From Syntrophales bacterium (GTDB taxonomy: Bacteria > Desulfobacterota > Syntrophia > Syntrophales > UBA4778): DNA of 64,000 nt. The translations under genes were made by a program, and so were the position numbers. This document shows, one piece after another, positions 9,894-18,699 of the stretch. How positions within the stretch are numbered: position 1 is the stretch's first letter; each line of letters starts with the position of its first letter. Where the stretch lies: NCBI GenBank assembly GCA_963665615.2, contig CAXXQE010000008.1:682001-746000 (forward strand). Direction: 5' to 3'. The notes under the pieces were generated by a model. The model saw nothing but the letters and a program-made list of their open reading frames with translations, did no database searches and was not told the DNA's origin.

Positions 9894-11015
9894 ATGGACG
9901 ACGAATTGTCAAAAAGATCTAGCATGGTCCATCGCAATAGCGAACTCTCCCGTCTTCACGCGGAGATAGAGGAGTTGAAGCACCAGATCGAGATTCGTGA
10001 TATCGCCCTGAACGCCACGAAGATCATGATTCGGATCACATCGGCGGAAGGCACCAACCTGTACGCCAACAGTCCGAAGGCCGTATTGGGCTACACCAAT
10101 GAGGAGCGGGAAGGTCAATCGACCTTCGACATTATTCACCCGGACGATCGTGAAGCAGTGATGCAGTTTTTCTTCTCGAATTTTTCACGCGAAGATCTCG
10201 AAGAAACGCCGCCCATCGAATATCGTATCAAACACAAGGACGGATATTACCTTTGGGCCAAGGCGATCGGCACCGTCGTGAAGAAGGCGGGCCGGCCTCC
10301 TTTGGGGGTCGTTACCATCTGGGATATTACGCAAAGCAAGGAAATGGAGGATCAACTCCATGCCTTGGCCGAACGTCTTCATACCATTCGGGAAGAAGAA
10401 CGGACACGCATCTCGCGGGAGATCCATGACGAGTTCGGCCAGGCCTTGACAGGTCTTAAGTTCGAACTGGCCATGCTATTCAAAAAGATCCGTCCCGAAA
10501 ACAAAGCAGCCACTGAGAAGGCGCGTGCCCTGATGGCGTCGATCGACGAAACCATTCAACTGGTCCGCCGGATATCCACCGATTTGCGTCCGCCCATTCT
10601 GGACGATTTCGGTCTTAAGGACGCTATCGAGTGGCAAACCGAGGATTTTGAGAAGAAAACCGGCATTGCCACCATCCTCACCTCAACCCTGACGGATGAC
10701 TTTATCCTCGAAAAGGAGAAGGCGATCTCCATTTTCAGAATCTTTCAGGAGGCCCTGACCAATGTCGCACGGCATTCAGAGGCCTCTGCGGTATCGATTG
10801 CCATCGATTACCGTGAGGGGCTCTTCTCTTTGCGGATCAGGGACAACGGCAAGGGAATTACAGAAGACGAAATCCGAAACAAACGCTCCCTCGGAATCAT
10901 GGGGATGAAGGAGCGGGCCTTTGCCCTCCGCGGGATTTTCAATATCCAGGCCGCCTCGGACGGGGGTACGCTCGTCGAGTGCAGCATCCCCCTGCGGCAG
11001 GAAAGGGTTGAATAA
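9894..11015 (+). CDS. Cytoplasmic PAS-domain histidine kinase (HisKA_3/NarX-UhpB type)
   Basis: IHPDD PAS/PAC, ERTRISREIHDEFGQ, QEALTNVARH, DNGKG, GIMGMKERA. Confidence 0.9.
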   Translation: MDDELSKRSSMVHRNSELSRLHAEIEELKHQIEIRDIALNATKIMIRITSAEGTNLYANSPKAVLGYTNEEREGQSTFDIIHPDDREAVMQFFFSNFSREDLEETPPIEYRIKHKDGYYLWAKAIGTVVKKAGRPPLGVVTIWDITQSKEMEDQLHALAERLHTIREEERTRISREIHDEFGQALTGLKFELAMLFKKIRPENKAATEKARALMASIDETIQLVRRISTDLRPPILDDFGLKDAIEWQTEDFEKKTGIATILTSTLTDDFILEKEKAISIFRIFQEALTNVARHSEASAVSIAIDYREGLFSLRIRDNGKGITEDEIRNKRSLGIMGMKERAFALRGIFNIQAASDGGTLVECSIPLRQERVE

Positions 11016-11018
11016 AAA

Positions 11019-11068
11019 AGTGAATAGTAAACAGTAAATAGTCAACAGTGAACGGTAAACAGCGAACA
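11019..11068 (+). repeat. Heptamer array (AGTRAAY)x7 right after the kinase stop
   Basis: AGTGAAT AGTAAAC AGTAAAT AGTCAAC AGTGAAC GGTAAAC AGCGAAC. Confidence 0.85.
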
Positions 11069-11110
11069 ACGCCGTTATCTGGTTTTCGGGCACTTCACCT
11101 TTTGGTTCTT

Positions 11111-11156
11111 TCTGTTCACTGTTCACTCTTCACTGTTGACCGCGGCGTTAGCCGCT
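11111..11156 (-). repeat. Capped heptamer array overlapping the HAD gene stop
   Basis: Minus strand AGCGGCTAACGCCGC GGTCAAC AGTGAAG AGTGAAC AGTGAAC; a 27-nt stretch is identical to the copy near 1077-1103. Confidence 0.85.
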
Positions 11157-11768
11157 GTTCACTATCTTTTCCAGCTCCTGCGGCGTATCCACGATGAAAT
11201 CGGGCGAGGCGATGGCGAGCCGCTCCCGGGGATGCCAACCCCATGTGACCGCGACGGTTCGGACCCCTGCGGTTTTTCCCTCCTTGATGTCGCCGACTGT
11301 ATCACCGATGTAATAGGTTCTTTCCTTAGGGATGCCGGTTCGTTTCATCTCGTGTCGGATCTTGTCGATTTTGCTGAACATGAATTCGTACCCCAGAACG
11401 TGGTCGAAGTAGGAATCGATGGCGCTGTGAATGGCACGAATGGCCTGAGCGGAGTTGGAGGAGATAAGCGACAGGACATGCTCCGTCCTGAGGGTTTCGA
11501 CCACGTCGAGAACCTCGGTATGAATTCCGATCTTGCCGTAGTCCAGCTGAGGCGCCACTCTGGCCGTGGCGTGGGTTAGGTCTTCCTTTCTAACGCCTCG
11601 CTTGGCGATTCCCTCGTAGAAATTGTCATCGAAGAGCGCCAGAAAATCGGAACGATCCTTCAAGAGCGGCGCTCCCAGCCGCTTGAGGCAGAGGTTCACC
11701 GAATGTTCATAGAAGGCAAGGGAGTCGACCACGACCCCGTCAAAATCGAAGAGGAGTAGTTTCTGCAT
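11148..11768 (-). CDS. HAD-family phosphatase (phosphoglycolate phosphatase-like)
   Basis: FDFDGVVVDS motif I; YIGDTVGDI motif IV. Confidence 0.88.
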   Translation of the reverse strand: MQKLLLFDFDGVVVDSLAFYEHSVNLCLKRLGAPLLKDRSDFLALFDDNFYEGIAKRGVRKEDLTHATARVAPQLDYGKIGIHTEVLDVVETLRTEHVLSLISSNSAQAIRAIHSAIDSYFDHVLGYEFMFSKIDKIRHEMKRTGIPKERTYYIGDTVGDIKEGKTAGVRTVAVTWGWHPRERLAIASPDFIVDTPQELEKIVNSG

Positions 11769-11771
11769 GCA

Positions 11772-12842
11772 TCAAAAAAGGGGGGCATCCCCTTTGTTTC
11801 TTCCGCCGGGCAGCGCCGCAATGGCTTTCTGATAAGGACGCCGGATTACGCCCGCCTCCGTAATAATCGCCGAGATGTAGCGGTGCGGCGTGACATCGAA
11901 GGCCGGATTGAAAACGGCCACGCCCTCCGGCGCAATGCGTAAGCCCTGCACCTGAAAAACCTCTGCGGGACCGCGGGTCTCGATCGGGATATCTGCTCCG
12001 CTCCGGATGCTTCGATCGATCGTGGACAGGGGGCCGGCAACGTAAAAAGGGATCTTGTGTACTTTCGCCAAAACGGCCAGCGCATACGTCCCAATCTTGT
12101 TGGCGGTATCGCCGTTGGCGGCGATACGATCCGCACCGGTCAACACCAGATCGATCTTGCCCTGCGCCATCAGTGTGCCGGCCATGCTGTCGGTGATGAG
12201 CGTTGCCGGGATGCCTTCCCGCATGAGTTCCCAGGCGGTGAGCCGCGCTCCCTGCAGAACCGGACGGGTTTCGTCGACATAGACATGGACCTTTTTTTTT
12301 GCCGCCCGGGCCGCCCGGATCACGCCCAGGGCAGTGCCGTACCCCGCAGTGGCCAGCGCCCCTGCATTGCAGTGGGTCAGGATGCTGTCGCCGGAGCGGA
12401 TCAGGTCGCATCCGGCGCGCCCCAGGCGTCGATTGATCGCGATATCTTCCCGGGTGATCTGCTGCGCTTCCCGGATCAGCGCCTCGCGTATCTTTTCCGG
12501 AGAGAGGCCCGCCGCAAGACCAGCAGCACAGCGACCTTTCATCCGCTCAATTGCCCAGAAGAGATTGCGGGCCGTCGGGCGACTCTGCGCAAACTCGTGA
12601 CAGATGCGCTGAAAGCCCTGACGGAATCCGTCAACCGTATCGTCCGTCGAAGCGCGCATCCCCAGAGCAATCCCCAGTGCCGCCGCCACGCCGATGGCCG
12701 GCGCCCCCCGCACGGCCAGGTCCTTGATCGCGGCAATCACATCCCGATAGTCCCGACAGGTGAGATAACGCTCCTCACCCGGCAGGGCCCTCTGGTCGAT
12801 CATGACCACGGCGTCGTTTTCCCAATAAACGGTTCGAATCAT
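11772..12842 (-). CDS. mtnA: S-methyl-5-thioribose-1-phosphate isomerase
   Basis: VRGAPAIG, SRPTARNL, THCNAGALAT, ETRPVLQGARLT, GADRIAANGDTANKIGTY, NPAFDVTP. Confidence 0.95.
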   Translation of the reverse strand: MIRTVYWENDAVVMIDQRALPGEERYLTCRDYRDVIAAIKDLAVRGAPAIGVAAALGIALGMRASTDDTVDGFRQGFQRICHEFAQSRPTARNLFWAIERMKGRCAAGLAAGLSPEKIREALIREAQQITREDIAINRRLGRAGCDLIRSGDSILTHCNAGALATAGYGTALGVIRAARAAKKKVHVYVDETRPVLQGARLTAWELMREGIPATLITDSMAGTLMAQGKIDLVLTGADRIAANGDTANKIGTYALAVLAKVHKIPFYVAGPLSTIDRSIRSGADIPIETRGPAEVFQVQGLRIAPEGVAVFNPAFDVTPHRYISAIITEAGVIRRPYQKAIAALPGGRNKGDAPLF

Positions 12843-12847
12843 AAAAA

Positions 12848-12978
12848 GAAGTTTAAAGTTTGAGGTTTGAAGTTTGAAGTTTCGAAAACAGTCAAACGGA
12901 TCAACCTCGGGGTGATGTTATCACCCGATCGGATCGGTCTTTGACTTCAAACTCGAAACTTCAAACTTCAAACTTTCG
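12848..12978. repeat. Inverted pair of (GAAGTTT)n / (AAACTTC)n heptamer arrays between gatB and mtnA
   Basis: GAAGTTT AAAGTTT GAGGTTT GAAGTTT GAAGTTT at about 12849-12883, with the complementary array at about 12942-12976. Confidence 0.85.
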
Positions 12979-14409
12979 TTATTCCGAAAGCAGTTGCTTG
13001 AGCAGCCCATTGATCAGCGCGGGATTGCCCTTCCCCTTGGTCGCCTTCATGACCTGGCCTACGAAAAAACCGAAGAGCTTTTCCTTGCCGCCCCTGTAAT
13101 CGGCGACTTCCTTGGGGTTGGCGGCGAGCACGGCCTCAATCGCCTGCTTCAGGGCGCCCTCGTCGGTGATCTGAACCAGGCCCTTTTCCTCGATGATGAC
13201 CTTCGGCCCCTTGCTGCTGCGGTACATTTCCTCGAAAACCTCTTTGGCAATCTTGCCGCTGATGGTGCCGTCATCGATCAGGTTGATCAGCTCGGTGATT
13301 CCTTCGGGCTGGACCGGGGCATTGCAGATATCGCGTTTTTCCTCGTTCAGGAAGCGCAGGAGATCTCCCATGATCCAGTTGCTGGCGGCCTTCGCTTTGC
13401 CGGACAGTTCGACGGTCTTTTCATAATACGCCGCCAGGGCCGGGCTCGATGTGAGCACTCCCGCGTCGTAGGCGGGAATCCCAAGCTGGGAAACATAGCG
13501 CTCGCGCTTCTCCAGCGGCAGTTCGGGAAGGGTTCCCGCTACCCGCGAAATCCAGGCCTCGTCGATGACGACGGGCACCAGATCGGGATCGGGGAAGTAG
13601 CGATAGTCGTGCGCTTCTTCCTTGCCGCGCATGGACACCGTCACCCCTTGGGCATCGTCCCACAGGCGCGTTTCCTGCACGACCCGCCCGCCTCCCTCAA
13701 GGACGTACTCCTGACGCTTGACCTCGTACTCGATCGCCCGCTGGACATTGCGGAAGGAGTTCATGTTCTTGAGTTCCGTGCGGGTTCCGAATTCGACCTG
13801 CCCTCTCGGACGGATCGACACGTTGGCGTCGCAGCGGAAACTGCCCTCTTCCATATTGCCGTCGCAGATTCCGAGATAGACGACCGTTTCATGGAGCCGG
13901 CGCAGATAGGCTGCGGCCTCCTCGGGGCCGCGGATATCCGGTTCGCTGACGATCTCGATCAGCGGCACGCCGGTACGGTTGTAATCGACATAGCTCGACG
14001 GCGAGAAATCGTCGTGCAGGAGCTTGCCCGCATCTTCTTCCATGTGGATCCGGGTGATTCCGATGCGCTTCTTGTCGCCGTTCACTTCGATGTCCATGTG
14101 TCCATGCTCGGCCAACGGGCGGTCGTACTGGGAGATCTGGTAGCCCTTGGGCAGGTCCGGGTAAAAATAATTCTTTCGGGCGAAGACCCCTTCGGCGTTG
14201 ATCCGGCAGTGCGTCGCCATGGCCATCTTCATGGCGAACTCGACGACCTGTTTGTTCAAGACCGGCAGCACGCCGGGCATGCCGAGGCAGATCTGACAGG
14301 TATGGTTGTTGGGCTCCGCCCCGAATTGGGTGGAGCAACCGCAGAATATCTTCGAATGGGTCAGGAGCTGCGCATGCACCTCCAACCCGATGACAATTTC
14401 GTAATCCAT
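12979..14409 (-). CDS. gatB: Asp-tRNA(Asn)/Glu-tRNA(Gln) amidotransferase subunit B
   Basis: [45 protein letters not shown]. Confidence 0.97.
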   Translation of the reverse strand: MDYEIVIGLEVHAQLLTHSKIFCGCSTQFGAEPNNHTCQICLGMPGVLPVLNKQVVEFAMKMAMATHCRINAEGVFARKNYFYPDLPKGYQISQYDRPLAEHGHMDIEVNGDKKRIGITRIHMEEDAGKLLHDDFSPSSYVDYNRTGVPLIEIVSEPDIRGPEEAAAYLRRLHETVVYLGICDGNMEEGSFRCDANVSIRPRGQVEFGTRTELKNMNSFRNVQRAIEYEVKRQEYVLEGGGRVVQETRLWDDAQGVTVSMRGKEEAHDYRYFPDPDLVPVVIDEAWISRVAGTLPELPLEKRERYVSQLGIPAYDAGVLTSSPALAAYYEKTVELSGKAKAASNWIMGDLLRFLNEEKRDICNAPVQPEGITELINLIDDGTISGKIAKEVFEEMYRSSKGPKVIIEEKGLVQITDEGALKQAIEAVLAANPKEVADYRGGKEKLFGFFVGQVMKATKGKGNPALINGLLKQLLSE

Positions 14410-15869
14410 TAGAGCTGTGGCCTCCTCTTCTCGATCTGTGCGGCCCGTTCATAGGCCGACGCCACCTGAAGCAGCTTCCCTTCCTCGAAATGACCCGACA
14501 GAAACTGGACACCGATCGGCAGGCCGCTGGCGCTGAAGCCGCACGGCACGGAGATTCCCGGGATGCCGGCCAGGTTGGTCGAGATCGTAAAAATATCGGA
14601 CAGGTACATCTGCATCGGATCGTTCATCTTTTCTCCGATCTTGAAGGCCAGCGTCGGGCTGGTCGGGGTCAGGATCACGTCGCACTGTTTGAAGGCTTCT
14701 TCAAAGTCGCGTTTGATGAGGGTCCGCACCTGTGAGGCCTTTTTGTAGTAGGCGTCGTAATAGCCGGAGGACAGGGCGTAGGTGCCGATCATGATACGCC
14801 GCTTGACCTCTGCGCCGAAGCCCTCCGAGCGGGTCTTCTTATACATCTCCATGAGGTCCCGTGCATCGTTGGTTCGGAAACCGTATTTGACGCCGTCATA
14901 GCGGGCCAGGTTCGAGCTGGCTTCGGCCGGGGCAACGATGTAATAGACCGCCAGGCAATACTGGGTGTGCGGTAGCGTAATATCGACACACTCGGCCCCA
15001 AGCCCCTTGATGACCGCGATAGCCTGCGCGACGGATTTCGAAATCTCGGGATCGATGCCTTCGATGAAGTATTCCTTCGGGATGCCGACCTTCCAGCCCT
15101 GGATGTCCTTGCCGATAAAGGAGCGGTAATCGGGCACCTCGACAGGAACCGAGGTTGAATCACTGGCGTCATAGCCCGCAATGGCGTTCATCATGATGGC
15201 GCAGTCTTCGACGTCCTTGGTGAAGGGACCGATCTGGTCGAGGGAAGAGGCAAAAGCGATCAAGCCATAGCGCGACACACGTCCGTAAGTGGGCTTCAGA
15301 CCGACGACACCGCACAGGGCCGCGGGCTGGCGGATGGAGCCGCCCGTATCGGAACCGAGCGAGGCGATACACTCATCGGCCGCCACCGCCGAGGCCGATC
15401 CACCGCTGGAGCCGCCGGGGATCCGGTCCAGATCCCAAGGGTTTTTCGTCACGCCGAAGTGGGAGGTCTCGGTCGAAGACCCCATCGCGAATTCATCCAT
15501 ATTCGTCTTGCCGACAAAGACGGCGCCCGCCTCGCGCAATTTCTTTGTAATGGTCGCATCATAGGGGGGCACGAAATTATAGAGAATTTTCGAGCCGCAG
15601 GTCGTCGTCACGCCTTGCGTGCACAGGATGTCCTTGAGGGCGATCGGGATGCCGTCAAGCGGGCCGATGGGCTGCCCCTTTTTGAATCGCTCGTCCGCCG
15701 CGCGGGCCTGCATGAGCGCCGCATCGCGCATCAGCGTAATATAAGATTTCACGCGGTCTTCCACCGCATCGATTCTCCCGAAGACCGAGGCCGTGATCGC
15801 TTCCGACGAGACCTCGCCCTTGCGGAGCTTCTCCTGCAATTCATGAATGGTCAACTGATACAGTTCCAT
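14409..15869 (-). CDS. gatA: Amidotransferase subunit A
   Basis: [34 protein letters not shown] amidase signature. Start placed at MELYQ. Confidence 0.97.
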   Translation of the reverse strand: MELYQLTIHELQEKLRKGEVSSEAITASVFGRIDAVEDRVKSYITLMRDAALMQARAADERFKKGQPIGPLDGIPIALKDILCTQGVTTTCGSKILYNFVPPYDATITKKLREAGAVFVGKTNMDEFAMGSSTETSHFGVTKNPWDLDRIPGGSSGGSASAVAADECIASLGSDTGGSIRQPAALCGVVGLKPTYGRVSRYGLIAFASSLDQIGPFTKDVEDCAIMMNAIAGYDASDSTSVPVEVPDYRSFIGKDIQGWKVGIPKEYFIEGIDPEISKSVAQAIAVIKGLGAECVDITLPHTQYCLAVYYIVAPAEASSNLARYDGVKYGFRTNDARDLMEMYKKTRSEGFGAEVKRRIMIGTYALSSGYYDAYYKKASQVRTLIKRDFEEAFKQCDVILTPTSPTLAFKIGEKMNDPMQMYLSDIFTISTNLAGIPGISVPCGFSASGLPIGVQFLSGHFEEGKLLQVASAYERAAQIEKRRPQL

Positions 15870-15911
15870 AGCATCCTTTTCTACCATTTTCTTGTCACTC
15901 GTCACCTGTTA

Positions 15912-16199
15912 CTACTCTATGACCTTCGGGACGCGAAAACACCCGGCCTTCTCTTCGGGGGCGTTGGCCAGGGCGGCCTTCGGATCGAGAGACGGCCTTA
16001 CCGCATCCTCGCGGAAGGCATTCATGAGGGTGATGGCATGGGTTTCGGGCGCCACCCCTGTCGTATCCACCTCGCCCAGTTTCTCCATGTACATCAGGAT
16101 ATCGTTCAACTGGGACGTAAAGGTTTCTTTTTCCTGATCGCTGAAATCGAGTCGGGCCAGATGCGCCACATACTCGACCTGCTCTTTGCTGATTTTCAC
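15912..16199 (-). CDS. gatC: Amidotransferase subunit C
   Basis: GTG start after an AGGAGG RBS; KISKEQVEYVAHLARL...FRVPKVIE. Confidence 0.93.
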   Translation of the reverse strand: MKISKEQVEYVAHLARLDFSDQEKETFTSQLNDILMYMEKLGEVDTTGVAPETHAITLMNAFREDAVRPSLDPKAALANAPEEKAGCFRVPKVIE

Positions 16200-16217
16200 T
16201 TGGAACCTCCTCCTGAA

Positions 16218-16362
16218 TGAGTAAATAGTGAATAGTAAGCAGTGAATAGAAAAAACAAAAAAGCTCATGGGAACCGCCCACAAGCTCCATCTCCCTATTC
16301 CTTTAGCACTTCTACTTTCTTTGGCTTGTCACTGTTCACTATTTACTATTCACTATTTACTC
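16218..16362. repeat. Inverted pair of AGTRAAT heptamer arrays between the deacetylase stop and the gatC RBS
   Basis: GAGTAAATAGTGAATAGTAAGCAGTGAATAG at about 16219-16249, with complementary CACTGTTCACTATTTACTATTCACTATTTACTC at about 16330-16362. Confidence 0.85.
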
Positions 16363-16363
16363 G

Positions 16364-17422
16364 TTAACGCAGTGACTTCCAAAACGGGCAGATTTGCTCG
16401 ATAACCGTGGCAATGATGGCGTCAATTTTTGTAGCGGCAGTTTGTGTCATAGCCACAGGGGGTTCTTCGGACGTCACGGTTTCATTGCTCAACTCCAGCA
16501 GGACGGCCTTGCTCGACTCCGTGAGACCCTGGATATGATACCCGCCCTCCAGGATGATCGCCAGTTTTCCGCCGCAGCATGCCTCGGCGATATTCATCAA
16601 TATGCGGGTAAGGCGCGCAAATCCCTGCGGTGTCACCTTCATGCCGCCCAGAGGGTCTCTGAAATAGATATCGAATCCCGCCGATACCAGGATGATTTCC
16701 GGTTTGAACTCCAGGGCGACAGGCCTCAGGATCTTGTCGTAAATCTTGGCGTATTCCGCATCGCCCGGTCCCGGGGTCAACGGCACGTTGATCGTGTACC
16801 CCATGCCGGCCCGCATGCCGATCTCGCTGACACTGCCCGTTCCGGGGTAGTATGGAAACTGATGGGTCGAAAAATAGATGATCCGATTGTCGTCATAAAA
16901 GGAGTGCTGGGTGCCGTTGCCGTGATGGAGATCCCAATCCACAATCAGAATGCGCTTCATTCCGAATTTATTGATGGCGTGCATGGCGCCGATCGCCACG
17001 TTGTTGAAGAGGCAGAAGCCTGCCGCCCGGTGCGGTTCGGCATGATGTCCCGGCGGCCTGACAAAAGCAAAGGCATTGGGGACGGTTCCCTCGACAACGG
17101 CATCGATGGCGTTGCAGAACCCGCCGGCAGCCATTTTCGCCGCATGAAAGGACTCCGGAGACGTTTCCGTATCGGGGTCGAGGGAACTGTGGGCCAGGCC
17201 AGCCGTCTTTTTAACCCGCTCGATATAATCCGGTTCGTGAATTGCGCCGATCTCTTCCAGGGTGGCGCACCTGGCTTGAATCTCGATAAATTTTCCATGC
17301 ATATCCGGCGATTCAAGCATCCGGTAAATGGACTCCAAGCGTTTGGGGGATTCCGGATGATAGGCGCTCGTTTCGTGTTTCAGATAAATGTCGTCTTTTA
17401 CAATTCCGGTACGCGAGGGCAT
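16364..17422 (-). CDS. Histone deacetylase family (AcuC/AphA-like) protein
   Basis: HPESPKRL, RPPGHHA, GFCLFNN, DWDLHHGNGTQ, SAGFD, LEGGY. Confidence 0.93.
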   Translation of the reverse strand: MPSRTGIVKDDIYLKHETSAYHPESPKRLESIYRMLESPDMHGKFIEIQARCATLEEIGAIHEPDYIERVKKTAGLAHSSLDPDTETSPESFHAAKMAAGGFCNAIDAVVEGTVPNAFAFVRPPGHHAEPHRAAGFCLFNNVAIGAMHAINKFGMKRILIVDWDLHHGNGTQHSFYDDNRIIYFSTHQFPYYPGTGSVSEIGMRAGMGYTINVPLTPGPGDAEYAKIYDKILRPVALEFKPEIILVSAGFDIYFRDPLGGMKVTPQGFARLTRILMNIAEACCGGKLAIILEGGYHIQGLTESSKAVLLELSNETVTSEEPPVAMTQTAATKIDAIIATVIEQICPFWKSLR

Positions 17423-17621
17423 TCGTTCCTCCTGGATGGACAAGGCAGACACGGCTTAAAAATTGAATTTTCTCTACCATATAATCTGTTGAAAAGCAAA
17501 GTGTTTCAGGCATTCCGTTCGTGAGCGCCGTCAACAAAATGGGTTGACAATTGACCGGAACAATCTTAGTTTCAGGCCATTGCGGGGGCCGGGCAGGAAC
17601 CGGTGTGAGAGGGATCGGTAC

Positions 17622-17909
17622 ATGTTTGACATCGGCTTTTCAGAGCTTATCGTTATCATGATCGTGGCGTTATTGGTAATCGGTCCCAAGAGATTGCCCG
17701 AGGTCGCCAAGGCACTGGGCAAGGGGTGGGCGGAGTTCAGGCGAGCCCTGGACAGTGTCAAGGAGGAACTCAACGTCTCATCCCTGGAAACGGACGTTCA
17801 AAAGGTAAGGGACGCTTTTCAAACCGGATTGGATGAGGATCAAACCCCTTCCTCGACGCCTGCCGAAGAGACGGTTGTCCCCCCGAAGGCCGATCCCCAG
17901 AAAAAATAA
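17622..17909 (+). CDS. tatB: Twin-arginine translocase TatB/TatA-family subunit
   Basis: MFDIGFSELIVIMIVALLVIGPKRLPEVAKALG; directly upstream of tatC. Confidence 0.85.
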   Translation: MFDIGFSELIVIMIVALLVIGPKRLPEVAKALGKGWAEFRRALDSVKEELNVSSLETDVQKVRDAFQTGLDEDQTPSSTPAEETVVPPKADPQKK

Positions 17910-17934
17910 CGAGGAGCATGCCGCAGCCGGCCGT

Positions 17935-18699
17935 ATGGAAAACCCTCAATCAGACAAGATGCCCCTGGTGGCTCATCTTGAGGAGCTCCGAAAGAGACTG
18001 GTGCGCGTCCTGATCTCCCTCGGCGTTGCCTTCGGGATAACATACTACTATAAAGAGTGGCTGATGGACGTTCTGACGGCGCCGCTCAAGCAGGCCATGC
18101 CGAAAGGCGGTTATCTTGTCTATACGGGTCTTCCCGAGGCGTTTTTCAACTACTTGAAGATTGCTTTTTTTGCCGCCCTGATTCTGGACGCCCCCTTCAT
18201 CCTCTACCAGATCTGGAAGTTCGTTTCGCCGGGACTTCTTCGTCGTGAAAAGAAGCACGTGGTGCCCTTTGTGGCCTCCTCCACGCTTTTGTTTGTCGGC
18301 GGCGTTCTGTTCGGCTACTACCTGGTTCTGCCCCCGGCCTTTAAGTTTTTTGTCGAATTCTCAACGGATTTCCTCAAACCGATGTTGACCTTGCGGGAGT
18401 ACCTTTCTTTATCCACGAAACTGCTGCTGGCCTTCGGCCTTGTTTTCGAGTTGCCGGTCTTCATCTATTTTCTCACCCGCATCGGGCTGGTAACCCCCAA
18501 GACCCTCGCAAGCAAGAGAAAATACGCCATCTTGATTATTTTCATCGTCGCCGCTATACTCACACCCACGCCTGACGCCTTTACCCAGTGTCTGATGGCC
18601 GTGCCCATGATGATCCTCTATGAGATCGGCATCCTGGTGGCCAAGTGGGGAGATAGAAGCCGCGTCAAGGCGAAATCGGATATGCAAGAACCGGCATGA
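17935..18699 (+). CDS. tatC: Twin-arginine translocase subunit C
   Basis: HLEELRKRL, YQIWKFVSPGL, FELP, AAILTPTPD, LYEIGI. Confidence 0.95.
   Translation: MENPQSDKMPLVAHLEELRKRLVRVLISLGVAFGITYYYKEWLMDVLTAPLKQAMPKGGYLVYTGLPEAFFNYLKIAFFAALILDAPFILYQIWKFVSPGLLRREKKHVVPFVASSTLLFVGGVLFGYYLVLPPAFKFFVEFSTDFLKPMLTLREYLSLSTKLLLAFGLVFELPVFIYFLTRIGLVTPKTLASKRKYAILIIFIVAAILTPTPDAFTQCLMAVPMMILYEIGILVAKWGDRSRVKAKSDMQEPA

Noticed and set aside
5113..14412. Long antisense ORFs (5113-6567, 6904-8484, 12994-14412; similarly 16394-17524, 19131-20324, 34139-35314)
   Set aside because: Shadows of well-supported genes in GC-rich sequence, with no recognisable motifs.
16200..16290. N-terminal extensions of gatC (and likewise mnmG, 35327-35425) in the ORF track
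   Set aside because: They are translations of heptamer arrays (e.g. SIHCLLFTIYS); the conserved N-termini begin downstream, after an AGGAGG RBS in the case of gatC.
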